A stretch of DNA of 64,000 nt from Oscillospiraceae bacterium (GTDB lineage: Bacteria; Bacillota; Clostridia; Oscillospirales; Acutalibacteraceae): the NCBI GenBank assembly GCA_902772935.1, contig CACYCR010000160.1:19967-83966 (forward strand), given 5' to 3'. The translations under genes and the position numbers were made by a program. Positions within the stretch are counted from its first letter, which is position 1; each line of letters starts with the position of its first letter. Below the pieces are notes generated by a model. That model was not told where the DNA came from. It searched no databases and worked only from the letters and a program-made list of their open reading frames with translations. This document shows positions 8,937 to 17,990 of the stretch, piece by piece.

Positions 8937-10244
8937 ATGGCCAACTACTACCAGCCGGAAATTGAAACGGCGTCGCGAGAAGAGATTCTTGCGATTCAGA
9001 ACGAAAAAATTGTCAAGCAGGTCAAGCACGTCTATGAAAACGTGAAGTACTATCGGGACCTCATGGACGCAAAGGGCGTAAAACCCGAAGACATCAAGAG
9101 CGTCGACGACATCAAAAAGCTGCCCTTCCTCTCCAAGGCAGACCTGCGTGAGGCCTATCCCTACGGCCTGCTCGGCACCGACCTCAAAAACTGCGTACGG
9201 ATCCAATCCACATCCGGCACCACCGGCAAGCGCGTTGTTGCGTTCTATACGCAGCACGATATCGACCTTTGGGAAGAATGCTGCGCGCGCGCAATCGTCG
9301 CCGCAGGCGGCACCAACGAAGATGTCTGCCAGGTCTGCTACGGCTACGGTCTGTTCACCGGCGGCCCGGGCCTGAACGGCGGTTCCCACAAAGTCGGCTG
9401 TCTGACACTGCCGATGTCCTCCGGCAATACCGACCGGCAGATCCAGTTCATGATGGATCTGAATGCAACCATTCTCTGCTGCACGCCGTCTTACGCGGCA
9501 TACATCGGTGAGACACTCGCCGAACAAGGATACAAGCCGGAAGACAACAAGCTCAAGGCCGGCATCTTCGGCGCTGAACCCTGGACAGAAGAAATGCGCC
9601 GCAGCATTGAAAAGAGCCTCGGCATCAAAGCATACGATATTTACGGTCTGACCGAAACGAGCGGCCCGGGCGTTGCGTTTGAATGCTGCGCACAAAGCGG
9701 TATGCACATTAACGAGGACCATTTCTACGCGGAAATCATTGACCCCGATACCGGTGAAGTCCTGCCTGAAGGCAGCAAGGGCGAACTGGTGTTCACGTCA
9801 CTGGACAAGGAAGCCTTCCCGTTGCTGCGGTACCGCACCCGTGATATCTGCGTGCTCACCCGCGAAAAATGTGCCTGCGGTCGCACGCACGTGAAAATGA
9901 GCAAGCCCATGGGCCGCAGCGACGATATGATGATCATCCGCGGCGTAAACGTCTTCCCGAGCCAGATTGAAACCGTTCTGCTCAACGAAGGCTATACGCC
10001 GAACTATCAGATCGTCGTGGACCGCGTCAACAACTCCGACACGCTGGACATTTATGTTGAACTGTTGCCGGATCAGTTCTCCGACATTGTTGCGGAAAAC
10101 CAGAAAAAAGAGCGTTCGCTGGAAATCGCAATGCGCACCATGCTCGGCATCGGGCCGAAGGTCCACCTGGTTCCGCCGCACTCCATCGTCCGCAGCGAAG
10201 GCAAAGCCGTTCGCGTCATTGACAAACGAAAGCTGCACGATTAA
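8937..10244 (+). CDS. paaK: Phenylacetate--CoA ligase family protein
   Basis: AAAGGAG RBS before the ATG at 8937. Typical PaaK N-terminus (YYQPEIETASREEI, VKYYRDLM, LPFLSKADLRE) and STSGTTGK motif. Confidence 0.9.
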   Translation: MANYYQPEIETASREEILAIQNEKIVKQVKHVYENVKYYRDLMDAKGVKPEDIKSVDDIKKLPFLSKADLREAYPYGLLGTDLKNCVRIQSTSGTTGKRVVAFYTQHDIDLWEECCARAIVAAGGTNEDVCQVCYGYGLFTGGPGLNGGSHKVGCLTLPMSSGNTDRQIQFMMDLNATILCCTPSYAAYIGETLAEQGYKPEDNKLKAGIFGAEPWTEEMRRSIEKSLGIKAYDIYGLTETSGPGVAFECCAQSGMHINEDHFYAEIIDPDTGEVLPEGSKGELVFTSLDKEAFPLLRYRTRDICVLTREKCACGRTHVKMSKPMGRSDDMMIIRGVNVFPSQIETVLLNEGYTPNYQIVVDRVNNSDTLDIYVELLPDQFSDIVAENQKKERSLEIAMRTMLGIGPKVHLVPPHSIVRSEGKAVRVIDKRKLHD

Positions 10245-10260
10245 GAAAGGAGCGTTTATC

Positions 10261-10689
10261 ATGGCCATTCAACAAATTTCTGTTTTTCTTGAAAATAAAG
10301 AGGGACGTCTTGCCGAGACGGTTCAGAAGATTTCCCAGGCAGGGGTGAATATCCGTGCACTTTGTGTCGCCGACACCCGAGACTTCGGTATTCTGCGCCT
10401 GATCACCTCCGACAATGCAAAAGTCAAGGCCGCCCTCAGCGACAGCGGCGCCGTTATTCCGACAGACGTCATTGCCGCGAAGATGGATGATACCGCCGGT
10501 GCGCTGTCCGGTATTCTGCAGATCCTTGCCGACGCAAAGATCAACATCGAATATATGTACGCCTTTACCGGTGCGGCAGACCTAGGCGCCTATGTAGTTC
10601 TGCGAGTCGACAACACGCCCGCCGCGGAAACCATTCTCAAGGCTGCCGGTGTTTCCACCCTGTCCGACGCGGACGTCGCAGCGATGTAA
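10261..10689 (+). CDS. ACT domain-containing protein
   Basis: 142 aa. ISVFLENKEGRLAE...GVNIRAL is an ACT fold signature repeated twice. This is the usual partner downstream of paaK. AAAGGAG RBS. Confidence 0.8.
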   Translation: MAIQQISVFLENKEGRLAETVQKISQAGVNIRALCVADTRDFGILRLITSDNAKVKAALSDSGAVIPTDVIAAKMDDTAGALSGILQILADAKINIEYMYAFTGAADLGAYVVLRVDNTPAAETILKAAGVSTLSDADVAAM

Positions 10690-10706
10690 ATCATAAAAAA
10701 TAAACC

Positions 10707-10740
10707 GATGCCGTTTCTTTTTGAAGCGGCATCTTCTTTT
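10707..10740 (+). terminator. Intrinsic terminator closing the ior/paaK cluster
   Basis: Stem GATGCCG/CGGCATC (7 bp), followed by TTCTTTT. Confidence 0.7.
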
Positions 10741-10782
10741 AACAAAAATGTCAAAATTCTGTATGTTTTGTTGACAAAATTA

Positions 10783-10811
10783 TTGACTTTTGTTTTTATT
10801 TTGTTTAAAAT
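10783..10811 (+). promoter_or_regulatory. Sigma-A-type promoter for the lipase-like gene
   Basis: TTGACT, 17-nt spacer, TAAAAT. It lies 33 nt upstream of the ATG at 10844. Confidence 0.45.
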
Positions 10812-10843
10812 AATGATATAGTTTGTTTTTGGAGGCGTACCTC

Positions 10844-12943
10844 ATGAAAAAACGTGTGGTCAGCATTTTGTTGGTTTCTGTTCTGCTGTTTGTCATGTTG
10901 CCGCTCAGCGCGCTTGCGGAAAGCCGGATTCCGGTCATTGTGATCGGCGGTTACAGCAATCCGCAGATCTATCTTTTTGACGGCAACGGCTATGAGGAAG
11001 AGAATATTCAGGAGAAGGTCTGGGGCCTCAGTTTGTCAAAGGCGCTTGACTATGTCAAGCAGGACATTCCCAACCTGACCAAAGCAAATATCAACGCCCT
11101 GCTGGAACGCAGCAATGACCGCATTTTTGCAAAACTCTCCGACGCCGTGGCGGAAATTGCCAAATATATGCGTCGCAATCCAGACGGCACCCCGGTTTAT
11201 GACACCGGCACCTGGCCGCGCAGCGCGGAAGAAAGCAACATGGCATACATCAATGCACACAAGGACACGGACGAATATGTGCTGGGTTCAATCCGCGAAA
11301 AGCGCTTTATGCCAACACTCTGTGAAAAAATCGGTGAAAAGAATGTCTACAGCTTTTCTGTGGACTGGCGGCAGAATCAGATCGAATGTGCCCGTGACCT
11401 CGGCCTGTTCATTCAAAAGGTTCGTGCGCACGCCGGCGCCGCAAAGGTCAACATTCTTTGTGAAAGTCACGGCGGCGAGACCACATCCAGCTACATTTCC
11501 ATGGCCGCGATTGTCAAAAAGGGCGGTGAAAATGCAGCGGTGCTCGCAAAGCTGCTTGATCTTGCGCCCGAACGCCTGCCGGAGATCTTCAACCTTGATT
11601 ATCTGAACAATGTTACCATGGACTCCCCTGCCATCGGCGTCCAGCTCGCCTATGATCTGGTCACGGGAAACGCGCATTTCGACGCGCCCCGCCTGATTGC
11701 GTATCTGGAATATGCCAACAATCCGCTGCGTGTAGTCACAAGCGGTGATGAGTACACCTGGGAATCGGATTATGAAATGCTTCTCGGCGGTCTGACGCTG
11801 GACAACCTCAACCGTCTGGCCAATATGCTGATTCAGCGGACAGACGTCATTCAGATCATGATGTCCTTCGGCAGTATGTGGGACTTCATTCCGCGCGACA
11901 AATACGACGAAGTCAAAGCGCTCTGGCTGGATACCGCCGAAAAGCAGGCGGCATATCAGCCCATGATTGAAAAATCCGACTACGACCATTATGTCATCAT
12001 GCCGAACATGAGCGAGAACCTGAATCTCGCCCGGAAGAACGGCGTCAACGTCAATATCGTCTGCGGTACAGATCTGACCTGTGTATCCGGGTCCCGGGTC
12101 AACGGCGACAGCCTTGTCAATGTCTGCGATGCCTCAGGCGCAAAAGTCACCGCGTACGGCAGCCGCTTTAGCAACGGCTATCACACCGATTACAACGACA
12201 GCGCTGTTGTCTGCACCGACCCGACGCACGACCATGTTGCACCACGCATGAACATCGACGCCGCATATGCATACCTGCCGGAAAACACCTGGTTCATTGA
12301 AGAACAGTACCATGCCATGTACGTCACGGATGCACATTGTCAGGCGTTGATCGAATGGCTTCTTCTGACAGACAAGCCGGTGGACATTTACAGCGATCCG
12401 GACACCTTCCCGCAGTTTGATGTCACGCACAACGGAAAAATGGGCGTACGCGCGGCCTTTGATCATTCCGTTTACGGAACCCTGACCAAAGCGGACACCG
12501 CGCTGGTGATTGAGAATCTTTCCGGAAAAAGCAACTTGGAACTGGTCGCCATCAAAGCGGAAGATCTGGATGTGACATTTGAAAATGTTTACGGCACAAA
12601 GATTCCGCGCGGCGAACGCGTCACGCTGAAGATGACCGGTGAGATTCCCGACACAGACATGCAGCCGATCCGTCTGACGCTGTATTATCTTGAGGATGCC
12701 TCTGTTTTCTCAATGGGTTCCCGCACGCAGACCTTCACCATCAAAGGCGGAAAAGCAATCGCCTATGACGAAGCCAATCCGCTGACAGAAGCAAAAGAGC
12801 GACCGCTGTTTGTCACACCGCAAGACATCCTGAACGGGTTGCAGCATTATGACACGGTCATGGTCCTCAAGGCCATCACGATTTCGGCGGTGGTGCTGAT
12901 GAAGGCAGCAATCTCCCTCATCAAATCCGCTTTCAAGAAATAA
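10844..12943 (+). CDS. Secreted alpha/beta-hydrolase (lipase/LCAT-like) with a large C-terminal extension
   Basis: GGAGG RBS. Signal peptide MKKRVVSILLVSVLLFVMLPLSALA. IPVIVIGGY strand and nucleophile-elbow-like ILCESHGG. C-terminal amphipathic/hydrophobic helix. Confidence 0.5.
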   Translation: MKKRVVSILLVSVLLFVMLPLSALAESRIPVIVIGGYSNPQIYLFDGNGYEEENIQEKVWGLSLSKALDYVKQDIPNLTKANINALLERSNDRIFAKLSDAVAEIAKYMRRNPDGTPVYDTGTWPRSAEESNMAYINAHKDTDEYVLGSIREKRFMPTLCEKIGEKNVYSFSVDWRQNQIECARDLGLFIQKVRAHAGAAKVNILCESHGGETTSSYISMAAIVKKGGENAAVLAKLLDLAPERLPEIFNLDYLNNVTMDSPAIGVQLAYDLVTGNAHFDAPRLIAYLEYANNPLRVVTSGDEYTWESDYEMLLGGLTLDNLNRLANMLIQRTDVIQIMMSFGSMWDFIPRDKYDEVKALWLDTAEKQAAYQPMIEKSDYDHYVIMPNMSENLNLARKNGVNVNIVCGTDLTCVSGSRVNGDSLVNVCDASGAKVTAYGSRFSNGYHTDYNDSAVVCTDPTHDHVAPRMNIDAAYAYLPENTWFIEEQYHAMYVTDAHCQALIEWLLLTDKPVDIYSDPDTFPQFDVTHNGKMGVRAAFDHSVYGTLTKADTALVIENLSGKSNLELVAIKAEDLDVTFENVYGTKIPRGERVTLKMTGEIPDTDMQPIRLTLYYLEDASVFSMGSRTQTFTIKGGKAIAYDEANPLTEAKERPLFVTPQDILNGLQHYDTVMVLKAITISAVVLMKAAISLIKSAFKK

Positions 12944-12966
12944 ACAAATCGGAGAAAAATCGGATA

Positions 12967-13007
12967 GAAGCGCTGTATCGTAAAGGGAACGGTACAGCGC
13001 TTCTTTT
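12967..13007 (+). terminator. Intrinsic terminator of the lipase-like gene
   Basis: 11-bp perfect stem GAAGCGCTGTA/TACAGCGCTTC, followed by TTTT. Confidence 0.8.
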
Positions 13008-13070
13008 CGGTTCTTTTCTTCTGAAAAAAGGAACGCAACAAACAAAGCCGCTGGTTGCAGACGGCAACAG

Positions 13071-13099
13071 AAAAACCCCGCCGAACAAACGCCCGGCGG
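13071..13099 (-). terminator. Intrinsic terminator of the 889-aa surface protein gene
   Basis: On the minus strand, CCGCCG/CGGCGG stem followed by GGTTTTT. It lies 10 nt after the stop codon. Confidence 0.6.
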
Positions 13100-13108
13100 A
13101 GGATGGGG

Positions 13109-15778
13109 TTATTTCTTTGCTGTAGTAATCGCAATAACGCCTGCGTCTTTATCCAGTTGCGTTAATCCCGGCCACCAGCTGGAATACGTCTTGCCGTTAA
13201 TGGAACTGTACGCTTGCACACCAAACCCGTATTTTGTGTTTGCCTTTAAGTTATTTATGGTAACAGAGGTCTGATTTGTTTTCACCTTCATCGGCGCATT
13301 CTTTGAACCCAGGATGCCATACCAAACGATATAGCCTTTCGCGCCGGGCACCTGCTTCCATGTCAGTTTTACGGAATCGGATGCAACGGAAACCGCTTTC
13401 AATCCACCGGGTCTTCGCGGCACAATGATAAATGTTTTTGTGACGCTGCCTTTGAGATAATACCCTTTTCCGGTAATGGTCACTTTGCCGACGCCGACAT
13501 TTGTGTTATTTGAATACTTCACGGTGAAATCTTTATTTAATGTACGTCCCGCAATCTTCACCGTCGGCTGAATCGGCTTTCCGGTATAAGAGAATTCGTC
13601 ACCGGAAAGTTTAACTTCGGTGTTTTCAACATTCATTTTGTGGCAATGGATATATCGCAGCGCATCCCGGGCTTCTCTGAAGGTATTGATATCTGCTTCA
13701 TATTCCAATTGACGGTTCTTTGTGAAAAGATTGATTGCTTTTTCAAGAAGAGATGTCTTCTTTACTTTCAACGCTTCAATCGTGTGATTGTAAGAATAGA
13801 TTTGAATATCCTGATAGAACGAGAACGCCCGATCAAACAAATGCGCATATTTTAAAGAATGCTGTTTTTTCACGACCTGGGCGAATTGCAGCATAACGGG
13901 TCTCACATATCTGCTCAATTCACCAACGGCAACAACCATGCTCATCTCTTTGGAAAGATCATCTGCATTTGTCAACAACTGACTGATGCCAACGCCAAGC
14001 GTTATTCCCGTTGCCACGCTGCTGACGACGCCTGCTACCGAAATTTCTCCGGCTGCCGTTGACAATTGTGTCGCCAATGAAACCCCGCCAATGCTCACGC
14101 CGGCGCAGACGTGCGCAAGCTTTGAAACCGTCTGTTTCAAATAAACCGTTTTAAATACCTCAAAAACCGTTTTCAATCCGGCTTTGGCACAGGCCTTAAA
14201 GATTTCCCGTGCATACCCTTTAGGGGAGCTCGATGCATTGATGTATTTGTTCAAAGTGTTTTTTAAACCGGCATAGTTTCCCTTCGACGGAATTCGATTC
14301 TCAACACTTTTAAACATCTGTTTGAAGTATTGGTCACATGCAATATATGCGTTGATGGATGCAATATAGTTTGTTGTTTGCACAACTGTATTGATGATCT
14401 TTTTTGCACTTCCAATAAAATCGGCCACTTTTCCAAGTTTATCCAACCCGGTTAAAAATGTTTTTAACTGATCACCTGCTTTCGGATACTTCTTAAACGC
14501 ACCCATAATGGCTTTATATGAAGTGCTGTCTGTATCCAATTCCCCGGTCAAAAATTCATCAATGGCATTTTTTTCGATTTTTCCGGTAAACTCATGTGCA
14601 TTGTCGTATTGATCAATCAAATCTTTGATATAACCGCCTACACTCTTTACCGTTTCGGCGTAAGCACTTCCGGCAAAATCCTCGGATACTTCCTGAATCT
14701 TTTGATCTGTTTGCTGCTGCAACATCAAATCTGTCAGAACGACGTCATAATAATTGCCGTAATCAAGGGAAATCAATTTATCCCAATGATATTCTTTGGT
14801 ACTTTTCAGAGACGCCATATCCGCGGCAAAATCATAATTAACGATGCGACTGTTATAAGATGGGTTGGACACAATAAAGTCATAATGCTCTTTTGTGTAG
14901 GTATCCATCGGCGCTGCTTTTGTTGTCGCCAGCGCCAAAGAAGAATACTTGCTGAAATAGTTATTTCCGCTAACCGTTTTATACGCTTTGACCGCAAAGC
15001 GATACGTCGTTCCGGGGTTGAGCTTTGTTACTTTATAGCTGTTCTTCTTTGTCGCGCCGAGCTTGGTATATTTCTTTGCGGATGCATTATACTGATACAC
15101 CACATAACCCGTTGCGCCGCTGACTTGATTCCACGCAAGGTTCAGTGCGGTGGTGTTTGTTGCGGTGACTTTCAAGCCAGTGGGAGATGAGATTCTAATA
15201 GAATCACCTTTTCTGAGAATCATATTCCCAAACAGGTACGAGGAACCCACTGATGATGCCTCTAAATCAAATACATAAATTTTGAGGATGGATGCATTCT
15301 TTACATTTATATTTATATCAATAGGGTACTGTGTCGAGGCATCAAGCCGTTGTGAAAAAACAGTTCTACCATCGACAGAAATCTCAGCCTGGGCAACGTG
15401 TGGATATTTTGTATAGTCCCAATTATCAAAAGAATAATGACAAAAATCTAGAACCCCAGTTAATTCTGTATAATCTTTGGCAAGATCATATTCGGCCCAA
15501 ACCCAACTTTTTTCATTAGAGTAATTCCATCGAGCAACCCAGGCTTCCAATCCGTGCTCATAATTGGTTCCGCTAACACCTTCCGTTTTGTTTCTTGAAC
15601 CTATTTTTTTAATAAAACTGTCCCCTTCATTTCCGGTATATCGATCGCTTGCTGTTTGCTTAATATCCTCAAGATAGCAAAGTTCAGTTGCATTTGTGTC
15701 CAATGCCAGCGGCGCACTCGTCACCAGCATCAGCACAATCAGCATTGCCGCAAGCATTCGTTTTCCCATCTTCATCAT
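13109..15778 (-). CDS. Large secreted protein: NPCBM-like domain, FN3, helical core with a hydrophobic G/A/S/V segment, Ig-like domain, FN3
   Basis: ATG at 15778 after AAAGGGGA. Signal peptide KRMLAAMLIVLMLVTSAPLA. N-terminal region resembles the NPCBM/NEW2 carbohydrate-binding module. Two FN3-like segments (LKVTATNTTALNLAWNQVSGATGYVVY and LKAVSVASDSVKLTWKQVPGAKGYIVW). Gene GC is 33-40% in two counted 60-nt lines versus 55% in a flanking line. Confidence 0.7.
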   Translation of the reverse strand: MMKMGKRMLAAMLIVLMLVTSAPLALDTNATELCYLEDIKQTASDRYTGNEGDSFIKKIGSRNKTEGVSGTNYEHGLEAWVARWNYSNEKSWVWAEYDLAKDYTELTGVLDFCHYSFDNWDYTKYPHVAQAEISVDGRTVFSQRLDASTQYPIDININVKNASILKIYVFDLEASSVGSSYLFGNMILRKGDSIRISSPTGLKVTATNTTALNLAWNQVSGATGYVVYQYNASAKKYTKLGATKKNSYKVTKLNPGTTYRFAVKAYKTVSGNNYFSKYSSLALATTKAAPMDTYTKEHYDFIVSNPSYNSRIVNYDFAADMASLKSTKEYHWDKLISLDYGNYYDVVLTDLMLQQQTDQKIQEVSEDFAGSAYAETVKSVGGYIKDLIDQYDNAHEFTGKIEKNAIDEFLTGELDTDSTSYKAIMGAFKKYPKAGDQLKTFLTGLDKLGKVADFIGSAKKIINTVVQTTNYIASINAYIACDQYFKQMFKSVENRIPSKGNYAGLKNTLNKYINASSSPKGYAREIFKACAKAGLKTVFEVFKTVYLKQTVSKLAHVCAGVSIGGVSLATQLSTAAGEISVAGVVSSVATGITLGVGISQLLTNADDLSKEMSMVVAVGELSRYVRPVMLQFAQVVKKQHSLKYAHLFDRAFSFYQDIQIYSYNHTIEALKVKKTSLLEKAINLFTKNRQLEYEADINTFREARDALRYIHCHKMNVENTEVKLSGDEFSYTGKPIQPTVKIAGRTLNKDFTVKYSNNTNVGVGKVTITGKGYYLKGSVTKTFIIVPRRPGGLKAVSVASDSVKLTWKQVPGAKGYIVWYGILGSKNAPMKVKTNQTSVTINNLKANTKYGFGVQAYSSINGKTYSSWWPGLTQLDKDAGVIAITTAKK

Positions 15779-15860
15779 GTAATCCCCTTTCAAATATATG
15801 GTATCTCCATCCTACCACAACATGCCGCAAAAATCAACCGCACCGCGCAAACCCGTACAC

Positions 15861-15893
15861 AAAAACAGCAGAAAGCCGGATGACTCTCTGCTG
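15861..15893 (-). terminator. Intrinsic terminator after lysA
   Basis: On the minus strand, CAGCAGA/TCTGCTG stem followed by TTTTT. Confidence 0.65.
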
Positions 15894-15899
15894 TGGTTG

Positions 15900-17159
15900 T
15901 TATGTCCGGAACTCCGGATAAATATCAAACGTCGCAAACAAATCCTTGATCGTCTGTGACCGCCGGATCAATTCCACGCTGCCGTCCGAACGCAGCATCA
16001 GCTCCTTCGGCCGCAGCTTCCCGCTGCAGTTAAACCCCATCGTGTGCCCATACGCGCCGACATCGTGCATCACAAGAATATCGCCGACCTGTACGCGCGG
16101 CAACAACCGGTCCACCGCAAACTTGTCATTGTTCTCGCAAAGCGAACCGGTCACATCATACTTGCCTGCAGGCGCCTGCTGCTCTTTGCCGAGCACCGTA
16201 ATGTACTGATAAGCGCCGTACATCGCCGGCCGCAGCAAATCGCAGGCGGATGCATCCACCCCGAGAAACCGCTTGTAGGTCTCCTTCAGATGTAAAACTG
16301 TCGTGACCAGATAACCGTAAGGGCCGGTCAGAAACCGCCCAAGCTCCGTATAAATCGAAAGCTCGATTCCTTGCGGCGTGAGCAGCTCCTCATAAATACG
16401 CCGCACCGCATCACCGATTTCCAGAATGTCGACCGCTGTTTCTTCCGGGCGGTACGGGATTCCGATACCGCCGGCAAGATCAACAAACGAAACCGTCACG
16501 CCGAGTGTGTCCCGCAACTCCAAAACCAAGGAAAACAGTTCGCGCGCCAGCATCGGAAAATATGATGCTTCCAATGTATTCGACGCCAGCATCGCATGGA
16601 TTCCGAAGCGCTTCGTACCGCGGGCGGCCAGCTTTTTAACGCTCGAAAAAACCTGTGCTTTTGTCATACCGAACTTTGCGCTTTTCATATCGCCCATAAT
16701 GACGTTCGGCGTCACAACGTCTTTGCCGGGGTTATACCGCAGGCAGATCGTTTCCGGTACGCCGACACAGTCCAGCAAATAATCAACATGCTCCGCCGCA
16801 TCCAGATTGATGATCGCGCCGAGCTGCCTCGCAAGCTGATATTCCTCCGCCGGGGTATCGTTTGAGGTAAAGATCACATCCTCCTGGATAATCCCAAGGC
16901 GGTTGCATAACATCAGCTCCGCTTCACTCGCGCAGTCCACACCGCAGCCAAGCGCAAACAGCAGTTTCAGAATCGCCGGGTTCGGCGTCGCCTTCACCGC
17001 GAAGTATTCACGAAACCCCCGGTTCCAGGAAAACGCGCGTTTCAAATCCGCGACGCAGTTGATGATGCCCTGTTCGTCATACAGATAAAATGGAGTGGGA
17101 TACTGCTGCCCGATCATTTCAATTTTTTTCAGATCAAACGGAAGTGAAAGATGATTCAT
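15900..17159 (-). CDS. lysA: Diaminopimelate decarboxylase (group IV PLP decarboxylase)
   Basis: ATG at 17159 (MNHLSLPF). PLP-lysine region YFAVKATPN, DLAGGIGIPY and GSLCENNDKF motifs. Same-strand position downstream of dapA-dapB behind a lysine riboswitch. Confidence 0.82.
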   Translation of the reverse strand: MNHLSLPFDLKKIEMIGQQYPTPFYLYDEQGIINCVADLKRAFSWNRGFREYFAVKATPNPAILKLLFALGCGVDCASEAELMLCNRLGIIQEDVIFTSNDTPAEEYQLARQLGAIINLDAAEHVDYLLDCVGVPETICLRYNPGKDVVTPNVIMGDMKSAKFGMTKAQVFSSVKKLAARGTKRFGIHAMLASNTLEASYFPMLARELFSLVLELRDTLGVTVSFVDLAGGIGIPYRPEETAVDILEIGDAVRRIYEELLTPQGIELSIYTELGRFLTGPYGYLVTTVLHLKETYKRFLGVDASACDLLRPAMYGAYQYITVLGKEQQAPAGKYDVTGSLCENNDKFAVDRLLPRVQVGDILVMHDVGAYGHTMGFNCSGKLRPKELMLRSDGSVELIRRSQTIKDLFATFDIYPEFRT

Positions 17160-17237
17160 GGCAGGCCCCCCTCTGCAGATGCTTACGCTGGGAACCCCGG
17201 CGCGCAGCATTGCGCATCGGGTTCACCGGTAGCTTCA

Positions 17238-17978
17238 TTACTCAAAAATATCGTCCATGCTGTAAGTACCCGGCGCTTTTCCGATCAGAAACGCCGCTGC
17301 TGATAAAGCGCCCTCCGCAAAAAGAGCACGGCTTTCCGCCTCATGCCGGAGCGTTACGGTCTGTGATCCCATGGAGAAAATAATCTCATGCGTGCCGACC
17401 TCGTTGCCCATCCGCAGCGAATGAATGCCGATCTCTTCCTTGGTCCGTTTTCCGTAATCATGCCGGCCGATATTATACGTGCTTTCAGGGCGAACCGTCT
17501 TGATGGCATCCGCCAGCAACAGCGCCGTGCCGCTGGGCACATCCAGCTTCTGATTGTGATGCTTTTCCAAAATCTCGATGTCCGCGCCCGGAAATGCCTT
17601 GGCTGTGATCTTCGCAAGGCAGGCGACCAGAGCTACGCCGAGAGACATATTCGCCGAGCGGAAGACCGGAATCGTCTTTGCCGCATCTGCCGCCGCAGCC
17701 ATCTCCGCTTCGGTCAGACCGGTCGTCGCAATCACCAGCGGCAACTGTCGCCGCACTGCGTATGCGCAAAGTGCCGGCACTGCCGTATGGTTGGAAAAGT
17801 CAATGATGCAGTCCGCGTCGCCGGTATACTCGTCAAGCGACTGATACAACTGCTTTGCAGCGTCTGTTGTAAACTCCGCACTGACCCGGGCGGCAATCTC
17901 CTTGTCCGGTGCCGCTTCGATCAGATTGCACAGCACCGTACCCATCCGGCCGCCGGCGCCGTTCACAATGATTTTCAT
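17238..17978 (-). CDS. dapB: 4-hydroxy-tetrahydrodipicolinate reductase
   Basis: ATG at 17978 after GAGGTGA. MKIIVNGAGGRMG dinucleotide fold and the EILEKHHNQKLDVPSGTA signature. Confidence 0.9.
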   Translation of the reverse strand: MKIIVNGAGGRMGTVLCNLIEAAPDKEIAARVSAEFTTDAAKQLYQSLDEYTGDADCIIDFSNHTAVPALCAYAVRRQLPLVIATTGLTEAEMAAAADAAKTIPVFRSANMSLGVALVACLAKITAKAFPGADIEILEKHHNQKLDVPSGTALLLADAIKTVRPESTYNIGRHDYGKRTKEEIGIHSLRMGNEVGTHEIIFSMGSQTVTLRHEAESRALFAEGALSAAAFLIGKAPGTYSMDDIFE

Positions 17979-17990
17979 ATCTGTCACCTC

